Shown: positions 49,895 to 62,000 of the stretch, one piece after another | Layout: every line of letters starts with the position of its first letter | Position numbering within the stretch: position 1 is the stretch's first letter | Assembly: GCA_047967505.1 (NCBI GenBank) | Contig: CM106538.1 | Length of the DNA stretch: 64,000 nt | Reading direction: 5' to 3' (one strand) | Source of the DNA: Dipteris shenzhenensis | Lineage: Eukaryota | Position numbers and translations under genes: made by a program | The notes under the pieces: generated by a model | Database searches by the model: none | What the model was told of the DNA's origin: nothing | What the model saw: only the letters and a program-made list of their open reading frames with translations

Positions 49895-52800
49895 TACATG
49901 ATCCTTGGTAAGTACTCAATTTATGTATAGCGTTTTGAACTTTTAAAAAATGGGACCTAGACTAATAGTTTGTTGTTTGTGTAACTACCTAAACTCAAAT
50001 TATGTAGACACTAAGATTCAAAGGGATTAAACAAAAGCATAAAACATATTATAAAGTTCTCTTCTTTATTATAAATCTACAAATTGATAAGTAATAAAAA
50101 TCTTCTTAGTACCTCATTTAACATCCAAAAGAAAAAGAAAAATCTCTCATGAATTTCATATCCATACTTCATTTACACATCCAAAAGAATAGATAAAAAT
50201 ATTATACCACAAAAATTTATCAAAACTAAAGAGAGCTCTATATAGCGTGTTGAAGAGTTATTTTAATTGAGCTATATAGCATAGTAAAATCTCTACATCC
50301 TTGAAACTAAGTACATCACATTGTGCCATGACTCAAACTTTTTGAATTTAAATGAGTCCATGTACGATATCTCTTATCATATCTTTCCTATCTGGTTTCT
50401 TGCTATCTCTAGAGTAATTTTTGAGACTACTCTCAATCTTCTTTAGCTTCAAATGTGTACTTTTTAGAGAAAGTTAGATATCAGGTATCGTATGTACACC
50501 CATATATCTTATAAGAATCATCTCCATATTCTTCTTTGAAATATCAACCACCTAATTTTATAATATTAAATTAAAAGTTCAAAAGATATTAATAAATTCA
50601 ATGTAAATGATTTATACCAATAGTAAATTCAAAGGTATTATTAAAAAAAAAAAATTATGTACTTCTTCGCTCTTGCTTGAAGAGGTAGCAATCTCCAAGT
50701 TTACATCTTGAAATCTTTTCTTTAAAATTTTAATTCAAATTAAAAAAAAGCATCAAAATAAACTTATAAACATCTTGAATCATAGAAAAGAAAATTCTAG
50801 CACAATAAGAATACTTGCATCCTTTTCTTTAGACTTTCTCACTCCTTTGCATAGTATTTTGTTCCAAATGACCTTTCATATTTTTACTCACCTATGAAAT
50901 GATATACAATAAGTGGTATGAATGCCATAATAAAGAATTATGAAAAAGTATAGAACCACCCATATGACTTGATGTGCAATACAAAATAAAGGTTTTTGCA
51001 GAGTATTGCATAAATGATAACTTGTACCTTTCACTTTCTTTCACATTTTCTAAAAATTTTCATTTGTAAAATCATTCAAATTTGATACTGGATACTAAAA
51101 ATATAACAAAATCAAATTATAAAACTTGAATTAGAAACATAGCTAAAAAGAAACCAATTCGAATTTGACATTAGATTTTAAAAACACAAGAGATTCAAAT
51201 TTTAGAACCTAAATCATAATCATATCTAAAAAGAAAATACAATTCTTACCTTCTCTTGGTTTGTGATGTACACTCCTTCCTCAACTTCACACAAGTCTTT
51301 ATCATATGTTGTAACTCAAGAAATGTTATACAAGGATTCACCTCCTATGGTCTTCGCCATAAGAATATTTTAAATAAAATATTTAAAATGGTTGAATTGT
51401 TAATGATAATATTTCAAAATATTCGAATAGTTTACAATCCTATTTTAAAATAGTTAAATTGTTACCAATAATACTTCTAAATAGACTTAACTAAGGATTA
51501 AAAAATTTATACCTCAATGGATTTATAATATAGCAATCTTTGAAAACTATATACATCTATACAACAAACTAGATGATTGAAATGAAGCAAAAGTCTCATT
51601 CTAAAATTAAAAAAAAAGAATATCTTATATATCAAATGCTTGAATAACTCAGATGATAGACAAGCTTGTGTCTTCTTTAAAAGAGGTCAAATCTTCAATA
51701 GACTGTATGCTAGAATTAAATTATCTAACTAAGAAGTCACACTTATTAGATTAAGCTTTAATAAAATAAATATATATTGTAACTAAACTAGATATTAGTA
51801 AAAATATTAATATAATCATAGATTCTCTAAAAATTGAATTTTTTGGAGACTTATCTAGACAAGGAGTCTATGCTTCAAGTTCAATGTTTCTCTACAAAGC
51901 TTCAATTAGACATCAAAATTTTTATTTAACTCTTATATATGCTTTCAAAATTTAGAATAATGATATATATATTTGTTACATACTTGAAGTGATAAAACAT
52001 AATCTGTGTTTTCTTCTTTGGAAATAGTACTCACTTCCTCAAGAGATTAGCTCATTTATTTGAGCTTCACTCATAGACCTCTATTAAACACAATAGCATA
52101 AGATGATTAGCTCATACCTATATTGTAATTTCAAAGATACAAGTTTTACAAGATGTTAAATAATTTAAAGCTCAATTTACTTTGTCCATGAGACTCCTTC
52201 TCTTGGTGTAATTTCTACTTAATTTCTTTGAGGAGATCCACAATAAATATCTTGCTCTCTCCAATTGTAGTCGACTCCAATAAAATTAAAAGGCACAATC
52301 TCATGATGATGCTCATGAATAATACCTTTGATAATTCTTTTTACTCTTTTTTATGTCGTAGATCACTAAAAATCTCTACTCCAAATCACTGTTGTACATA
52401 CAGTAGCAATCTAGCCATAGAGAATGTTGATCCTTGAAGTACTTTTCCAAGACCTCCTTTCCATATAGCTCGCTCTTATCTCTACCACTCATCTTAGGTG
52501 CCCTAATCACCTCATCATAATAAATAGGTGTAAATATTGCACTAGAGACTAAAACAAGAGAAACTTGAGGTTTGTCTTGCAAGTAATGCTAGTCCATATT
52601 TTCTTTAGAGGACCCATCTTTTGTTGCATCTCTAAAATTATATGTGTAATTTCATAGGTAAGTGCATAGCATAAGTGCATAACATAGAAAGATAAATATG
52701 CAAAACTTTGAACATAAAAATGCATAGCATAGTATAGATCTCCTAAATTCAGCCCATAACATAGTATCAATATCAGTGCATAGCATAAAAAGGCAAACCT

Positions 52801-55800
52801 ACAAAAGTCTAAACATAAGAATGCATAACATAGTACAAATCTCATAAATTCAGCTCCCACCTTCTCCCACCTGAGACCCTTTTTTCCCATTCCACATCTG
52901 TTTTTGCCCTCCCATTACATATGACTACCTTCTCGCATCCCTTTCTCTATGCTCTAAATTCAGCCACAACCTAGTTCTCCCAACCATGCATCATTGCACA
53001 TATGCTACTAGCACACTCATGCATGGTTGGGATATGGGGGTGGTGGCTAAGTTTAAAGGATTGAATGAAAAGATTGGAGAAGGGGCCGGTAGCTGAACTT
53101 AGGGGATCGAAGAAGGGATATGGAATGGGATGGGAGGAATGGAATCGAGATATAGAATGGGAGAAAAGGGTCTTAGATGGAAGAAATGGGGGTGGGAGTT
53201 TGAATTTATGAGAGTTATACTATCTTATGCATTTATACATTTGGACTTTTCTATGTTTGTGTTTCTATGTTATGCATTTGTACTATGTTTAGACTTTTCT
53301 ATGTTTTTGTTTCTATGTTATGCATTTGTACTATGCTTAGACTTTTCATTGTTTACATTTTAATGTTATGCACTTATGTTTTTACTATGTTATGGATTGA
53401 ATTTAGGTGATTTGTACTATTTTGTGTATTTTTATATTCAAAATTTTGTATGTTTACCCTTCTATGTTATGCACTTAATGATATTACACATATTGTTTTA
53501 ACATAGGCAAAGTGGAGCATAGAGATGCAACATAATATTCGTCCTCGAAAAGAGATAAGGAGCATTCTTACTTGCAAAATAGATCCCCAAGTTTCTCTCG
53601 TTCCAAACTTAGGTGCAATATTTGCACCCACTTACGATGAGGTGTTTAGACTACCTAAGATGCATAGTAGAGATAAAAGAAAACTATATGCAAAAGAGTT
53701 CTTGAAAAAGTAGTTCAAGATCAACATTCTTCATTGCTAGATAGCTATCATAGTTTCTGAAAGTGGTTTGAAGGAGTAGAGATTCTTATCTATGACATAA
53801 AAAGGAGTAACAAGAAAGTATTAAAGGCATTATTGATGAACACCATCATGGGATTGTGACTTTGAAATTATTGGAATTGAGTACAGTGGAGAGAGAAGGA
53901 TATTTATTTGTGGTGGATATCCTCAAAGTAAATGAAGAGAAATTACACTAAGTAAAGGAGTCTTATGGACAAAGTAAGTTGACCTTTAAATTACTTAACA
54001 TTTTGTAAAACTTATATATATTCAAAATCGTAATATAGATATGAGCTAATTATTATATGCTATTGTATTTCACAGGAGTCTATGAGTAAAGTTAAAAAAA
54101 TGAGCCAATATCTTGAGGAAGGAGTGAGGAAGTGAACATTACTTCTAAAGAAGAAAACATATTTTATGTTCTCACTTTAATTAAGAATATTTTCTAATTA
54201 TTTTAGAATTTGAATTGATAGATAAGATTTGAATATAAGTTTTAATATCTAGAAAAACATTGCGCTTGAATCATACACTCCTTGTATAAATGAGTCTTTA
54301 AATTATCCAATTTCAGAGAAGGTATGATCACACTATACTTATAATGATTCTTTAATTCAATTACGATATATATTTATTTGGAAAAAAAAATATAATAAGT
54401 GTGACTTCCTACTTAAATTATTAAATTCTTTAGTAAAGTCTATGAGAGATTCAACTTCTTTTAGAGGAGACTACTATGAACAAGGAATCCAATCATTTGA
54501 TGTCATTCAATCTTTTGAGATGTAACTTATTCTTTATTTTAAAAAATTTAAATTAGACTTTGTCTTCATTTCAATCATGTAGTCTTTTCTATATATGGAT
54601 AAGTTCATGCTAGCTTTAGATACCTTTAAAAGATTGTAATATTATAGCTACAATGAGGTATACATTTTAAAATCTTAAGTGGTCTTTTATTTTGAAATAT
54701 TTTTGTTAACCATTCAACTATTTGAAAATAGGATTGTAAACCATTAGGCTATTTTGAAATATTGCTATTAATTATTCAACTATTTATAAAGGATTCTTAT
54801 GGTGATGAAGACCATGTAGATGTGAATTATTCCACAACATTTTTTGAGTCACTACATGGCAAAGACATGTGTGAGGTCAGGAAAGGAGTGTACATTGCAA
54901 ATACTTGATTATGATTCAAGTTTTTAAAATTTAATTTGTTGTATTTCTAAAAGATAATGTCAAATTTCAATTGGTCTTTTTTAGATATGATTATGTTTCA
55001 AGTTTCTTAATTTAATTTTTATGATCCACTAGCAAATTTGAATAATTTTACAAATAAAAACTCTAGAAAAAGTGAAAGGTACAAGTTATCATTTATGCAA
55101 TGCTCTTAAAAAGCCTTTGTTTTGTATTATACATTAGGTATTATTTATGTTTTATACTTTAACATAATTCTTTCTTATTACACTAATACCACTTACTTTG
55201 TATTATTTCATGGGTGAGTGAAACTATGAAAAATCATTTATAATAAGAGAGTGTGCTAAGGAGCGAGAAGGTCCAAAGAAAATGTTATAAGGTATTCTTA
55301 CTATTGCAATTTTTTTTTCTATGATTCAAGGTGTTTATAACTCGATTTTAATTTCATTCTTTTTATTTAAATTATAATTTATAAGACCTTTAAGATGTAA
55401 ACCTGGACATGGCTACCACTTCAAGAGAGAGTAAAGAAGTATGTGATATTTTTTAATTAAAATAATGCATCAGTAATGAGGTTAATAGCATAAATTATTT
55501 ACTTTAAAATTTATTAATATCTCATAACTAGTGTAAATAATTTACTTTGAAGTTTAGTAATATATCGTAACTTTTTGTTTTCTTATCATGGCATTAGGAG
55601 AATATGGAGACGATTCTTTTAAAATATATTTTAGAGGAGAATATGGAGACGATTCTCTTAAAATATATGGGTATACATAAGGTTCATGATAAGTACTTTT
55701 CTATGAAAAGTACATATTTGAAGTTGAAGAAAAGTGAGAGTAGTACAAAAACTACTCTAGAGACAACAAGAAACCAGATGGTAAAGATATGATAAGAGAT

Positions 55801-56198
55801 ATTGTACATTGTCTCCTTGAAAATAAAAACTAGAGTCGTGGCACAATCTGAAGTACTTAGTTTAGAGGATGTAGAGATTTTACTATGAACATATAAATCA
55901 GTTCAAATATCTCTTCAAACATGTTATATAGAGCTTTTTAGCCTCTATTTAACTCATAATTTAAGTGATAGAAACTTTTATTTTCTTTTTGGATGTGTAA
56001 ATGAAGCATGAAGATGCTTTTATAAAATCTTATAATTTTCCTTTTGGATGTTTAAATGAAGTATAAAGAAGAATTATAAATTATCAATTTGTAGAAATAT
56101 AAAAGAAGAGAACTTATAAAATCTTTTCTTAGTGTCTACAAACAATTACCTATTGCCAAAGTGAAACATAAAATTGAGTAGTTACCAAGGATCATGTG
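49895..56198. repeat. ~6.3-kb imperfect inverted repeat (foldback-like), arms ~3.1 kb
   Basis: Termini tacatgatccttggtaa / ttaccaaggatcatgtg; 33-bp perfect anchor 51005-51037 vs 55069-55101; mirrored ORFs 52549-52890(-) vs 53130-53363(+) and 52376-52582(-) vs 53525-53713(+); central 14-bp stem 52978-52991/53019-53032. Confidence 0.92.
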
Positions 56199-56559
56199 AA
56201 GAAAGAATGTGCTTCATTTTTTATCATTATAGTACTTAACAAAATGATAACGAGTTTTAGAATTCTATATTGCTTTTTCTTTATATAGGAAAAAAGAGGA
56301 TTCTCTATATCATTTACTAGTTTCTTTTTATAGAAATGCCATATAGATTAAAGGAGGTGGTTAGTTAGCCTTAGTACAAAAGGGACCTGATTACAAAATT
56401 TGATCGCACAAGACCTATGTTACACACAGTGGAACATGCACCTACCCAAAGAAAACTTGGAACTTGCCTTTATCAGAGCATGACTTATTAGAGGGTTCTT
56501 GAAGAACTAGATCCAAGTGAAATCGTTGAGATACATGGTCATCCTTGTCAAAATAACTG

Positions 56560-57480
56560 ACACCTTGAACCCGGTGAGTATCTTATGCTAAAACAATGTC
56601 TTATTTTGGGACTTTCAGATCACTAAGAAAACTTCCATCTGTATATATTGCTAGCTTTTTGCTAATGTAAATGGTAATCTAAAGGAGTCCTACAATATCA
56701 TAGTCCACCAAGACCCAAGTGAGAAGCAGTTCATCAGCCCCACTTTGCATACTGCTACCTCCATCTTATGCCATACCTCCTTGGTTACTTCACAATTCTA
56801 GAACTGATGCCTAACAAATTTCGACCAACTTCTTATAGAGTGGACAAACTAGATTGGACCTGTACTCTGTTTGCCAATTTCTCCATATCGGCAGCAGCAG
56901 CTACATGTACATTTCCTTATCTAGGAGGACCCTCAAATTTTCCTTGGCTGAAGCCATTTCAATTTTCATTGAACCAAGTTCACCACTAAGCTCAGCTATG
57001 CCTAAGGCCCCATTTCTTGTTAAGATCCCCAAAATTAGCATCCCCTTCTGAAAACTGTTTGTAGATCACCTTGGGAAATATGTTGTGGAGCGGGGTTTAC
57101 CAAGCCACCATTGATTAGACTTCTAATCGACTACCAACACATAGTTCAACGGCCAAGACTCTAAAGTCTAATGTAGCACTACCTACAACAAGTCTGCCTC
57201 TCCATCTATTAGGGTGTAGTTGGTCCATAACTGGTCCAGTGTGAGTCAGTGCACCATGTATTTCAAAGATCTATCCGTGTCTTAATTCCTTTTGTGCACA
57301 AACTCCTTTATTTATGGATGCCATGTAGGGCAAATGGTTCATCACCCTTGGCTAGGACTTTACTCCTCGAGAGGCACTCAAGTAGATTGACATCATGCCT
57401 TAACCCTTTCTAGCTTTTTTAGGTAAATTGACCGACGCAGATTTTTAAGGCTTATATCAATCCTACCACAATATTTGAGC
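56560..57480 (-). pseudogene. Probable LINE ORF2 C-terminal (zf-RVT) remnant
   Basis: NLVCPL..VRHQF*NCEVTKEVW and VI*KSQNKTLF resemble the C..C..HLFW-C..VW and IWK-RN..F motifs. Confidence 0.45.
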
Positions 57481-57801
57481 CCATAATTTTGATTGGTAAG
57501 CGTACATACAACATATGAGACTTAGTGATACCCTTCCATGTACCTTCACCTCTACTCCTAGCCTTCTTGATGCTGATGTCCATGGGGCTTGGTCCTCGAA
57601 GAGATGAGGGTCCACTAACCTAGCACTGCCATGTTCCTTAGGCTAATGTCTAGTAGCCCTAATCCTCCTTGAGACTTTATGATCTTCATAGGTTCCCATG
57701 GTATATACTGCATCTTCCTTCTCTTATCTCCCTCCGCCTAGAGAAATCCTTTCCTCTTTAAGCCAATTGTTGCATGTGGAGCCTTATCCAATTTTTAGAG
57801 G

Positions 57802-58975
57802 TTAGTTTTTAGCCTTGCGTTGAACCCAGGCATGTTTATACCCAGTCTATTAAAGGGGTGCAATGCCCCCCTACTACAATCACAGGGGGTTCCAAAGGGA
57901 GATGATAGTAGCTATTTAGGCTCCCCTTATAGGGGTTTGGAGGAAGCCCTTGCAAAGAAAAAAATACATGAAAATTAATGCATAAGTTGTGTGGTAAAAA
58001 ATGTAAAGTAATATGTAGCTCACATAGCATGAGATCATTGGATATACTACTTATATCTTGTATCTTCTCGCTAGTTGGATAAGAAAAATGGAAGACTAGT
58101 TGCTTATTCGTGGATGTAGACAACACTAGGTGAACCATGTATATCAGTGTCTCTCTTTCTCTTCTATTTTGTGTGCTTTTTGTATTGTGTATTTTATGCT
58201 TTGAATTTTGATTCTCGCATTGTTTCTTTGTTATCATGTCACTTCTAACATTTGGTATCAAAGAGTTTGTTTGAGCAACATTCATTGAAGAAGGTTCTTC
58301 GTTCAAACGAGAGCAATAATGGAAGAAGGCAAGTTCAAAATTGAGAACCTCAATGGTAAGAACTACTAACATTGAAAGATACAGATTAAGTTAAATATAC
58401 TAAAAGAACTATTTCTTGCCATTGGGTGGGACAACAAAGAAGCCTCAGTGTAATTTAGGTGAAAATAGGGAGGTTCTTAACAGAAAGGCACTGGAAACAA
58501 TACGTATGTGTTTAGTAGCATCAATAAATTTCAACGTCCTTAATCAAAAGACAACAAAGGACTTGATGACCACATTGGATACATTGAATGAAAAACCAAG
58601 AGCTTCTAACAAAGTATTTATTATGAGGCATTTATTTAATATAAAGATGTTAGAAGGTGGGTGTATAGCTGATCATTTGAATCAGTTCAATACGAATACA
58701 AGACAACTAAGGTTGTAGGACTAAGCTTCGATGATGAGAAATTTGAGCTCTCCTGAGATTTTGTGCTCATTGCCACAAAGTTGGGACTGCTTGTTGGTCA
58801 TGGCTGTGAGCAACTTTGTTTTTGGATCAAACAGTCTAAATTTTGATGATGTTGGTGTTCTCCTTAGCAAGGAAATGTGACAAAAAAGCACAAGTGAAAC
58901 ATCAAGTAATGCCTTGATTCTTAAGAATAGGAGAAGACAAAGGGAGAGAGGAGAGAGCCCATGGAACCCTACCGC
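57802..58975 (+). mobile_element. Ty1/copia 5' fragment (partial LTR, PBS, decayed gag), copy 2
   Basis: LTR end at 58250, PBS at 58253, gag from 58319: KALETIRMCL..KTTKDLM..ASNKVFIMRHLFNIKM..DHLNQFN..LCSLPQSW. Confidence 0.88.
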
Positions 58976-59015
58976 ATAGTGGAGATTACTCCGCAAGGCG
59001 CGTGCCAAATAGCTC

Positions 59016-62000
59016 CCCTAGATGTAGTTGATATGGATGGCTACCTTAATGGTAGCAAATTGAAAAGTTACTATGGCCCCTCACTCTACAAACCCTCCAA
59101 GCCATACATAGGGAAAAGGAGCTCAAGGCTGAGGTAGCCGAGATGGCTAGGCCATGGAAGAAGCCAAGGCAGGTAATGCCAAAATCAGACAATGTAAGAA
59201 AATGGCCTTGTTCAAGGCAACAGTAGAAAACCTGGGGCTGACTGAGGAACTAACAGTAGATTCAACTAGGTTGAGTGTCCAATTGTAGGGTCCACATACA
59301 TGCATTGAGGCACTCATGGATCTACGAGCGAAGAGCCATAATTTCATCTCCAGCAAAATATGGGAAGCACTATAGGTACCCCTAACCCTTACTATTGCTT
59401 CCATTTGGGCAATGTACAATCAACTCTTAAGCACATTCGGGTATGTAGACTTGAAACTAATGGTTTTCCATTAGGAGGTGTTTTTATGTTCTCCCCACAA
59501 AGGTACTCGATGAATAGATGATATTGGGAAGGGCATGGTGCTATGCCATGAAGTGTTAAATTGTTTAGAGAGCTAAAATCTCTACTCTCATGAATGGGGG
59601 GATAACTGCAATAATTTCACTATGTAAAGTTCATTCCACTTCCCCCACAGTACAACCACCTGCAAGAGACAAGGAAGTTGTAAACGAAGGCAGGCCCAAA
59701 GCTCGAGAAGCCTCTAGTGACCCTTGGTCCGCGGACCCCTTGGATCCTCATAAGGAAATCCATATGAATGTAGCTTGAAGTCCTAATCTCAATAACGGCA
59801 AACACTTGCCATGAACTGCTCTTCCACCCCTACTTTCCACACCCAAGACTAGACCCTCGACCCCAAAATCCTATGAACAACAAGTGCACGAAGCTGTCCT
59901 TTGTTCACAACTCCACTTCAGAAGGGAACAACAGCTTTGGAAGCCCGAAGCCATGGAAGGGTTTCTGACCCCTTCGTGTCCTGCGCCAACATAGGCAATC
60001 CCTTCAAGGAGTAGAGCTCGACGTCACCAATTGCATCGCCAACAAGGTCAAATTTCAACACCCTTGAACAAAAGTTTTACAAGCATTGGGTTGCGACAAA
60101 GATCTTGGAAGCCCAGGGCTACTATCAAGGCAAGCAATACATTTGGGTCCCACAGCTTCTAACGACATCAAATACTCAAGCTATCATGAGATATTAGTGT
60201 AATGATTCCACATACAGTGCAACTCAATGAGAAGGCCGCCAAGGTCCTCGAGGAAGCAACACAAGAATCGACTCTTAAAGCGGGGTAGTTACGCAAGAAC
60301 CTTCCTCGGGGCCCGTGCGCCACCTACCACATCAAGGGTTGCAGTAACATAAGAACCTATTTTCACTTCGATTATAGCCACAGAAGAACTCACGTGCCTT
60401 ACGTCGAGTGAGTTCCATCAAAGTGAACGCTGCAGCGCCAATACACACGTGCTCTACTTGGTTGATAACATGCTATGCTATTGTTCAGCATTCATCTCCA
60501 TTCCATTCCACATAATCATCAAGCCCAGGTCTAGGTGAGTCTATATGGTAGGCATATCACCCACATGCACCAGCAGCTCACAAGTCCTTGGTATTCCAAT
60601 GCACCCACTCACATTCACGGTCAGCATTAGGTGAATATGGCAATACAGTTTTTGTGTACATTTTCTTCACGATTTGCATCCTGGCACACTGACAGCAGGA
60701 GTCTATGCATCACCTAGTTTGTCCACCCCATTTTCCCTCCGAGCAACACCCTTAGCATCAACAGCCCCCCATCCTTTCTTTTTCCCCCTTCCCCCTCTTA
60801 GCAATTTTGACATTTGTCAACCCGATGACCCGTCACCTTACAGCTATCCTGATGGATCGGCACCTTACAGCTATCCCCATAGATCATCGCCTTACAGCTA
60901 TCCCGATAGTGGATTGTCTTCTTGATCCCATCCTACCGACCCGTCGCCTTCCTCCCATCCCGCTGACCCGTCGCCTTCCTCCCATCCTACCGACCCATCG
61001 CCTTTTTTCCATCTCGTCGACCCGTTGCCTTATGCTACTCCCCCGACCGTTGAGATACCAAAAACCATAAAAATGCATCCTATCTCCTTCGTCGCCTTAG
61101 CAAAAGTAGCAAAACTCTACCAAAATTTTGCCAGATTTCCAACAGCCCCTTGCATCTTCCACACTGCCTTTCAACCACCCTTTGGATGTCCTCAACCTTG
61201 TCCTCCACCACCGACTCATTTATCAGCCACCTGCCTTCTTTCTTCCCCATGCATCCCGACAACAAGTTCTTTGAATTTGAACAGAACCTCAGTCTCCACC
61301 CCCCAAATCCACTTTCCACTAGCCCTTCTGAATCCCAAAGCATGCCCCCTGGGACTATCAGAATGCCATCAAACATCTCGACAAAGGAGATCCAGATCGA
61401 AAAGGAGATCTCGACCCAACATGCCTCCCAAGCACAGCGCGGTAGTAGTTGCAACTCCCCCGGAAATCATCCAAGAAACACATGACAACTCCAACACAGG
61501 GGGAGTACAAGGTCGTGAGGTCCATGACACACTCACCACTAGGAGAAACATGGCTCCAACAACTTAATGGCTGCAGCATCCACTCAAAGTATATGTATGA
61601 GGGGCATGATTACACCCTCTACTACTACAACGTGGCTGCACACCAATCTCTCAAGGAGCCAGAGGCACAATCCTCCTTGGCTATGATAGGCCTCAAGCCC
61701 GTTGTGGACCCTTTGCCATGTCACCTTGATATGAGCTGCTCGAGGAATTCATCAAACGTCTACAACTCAAAGTCCAACATCGGCATTCTCCGTGATGCAA
61801 TAGGCACCTCCCACTTCTACCACCTCAATGTGGACGTGGTGTGCTCTGCCTTTGGCATCCACATCATTGTAGACAAGTACTCCCACAAGAAATCCGTGCA
61901 TTAGGCCCTTGGCAAGATTTGCAATTATGATAGGAAGAAGAGCAAGGGCTGCATTCACTTCTCCAAAATAACAAAGTTCATGATGGAAAAATGGGCATGA

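Noticed and set aside
49281-58250. Reading the two copia LTR pieces as one intact element
   Set aside because: Both are followed by PBS and gag start, and there is no pol or PPT between them.
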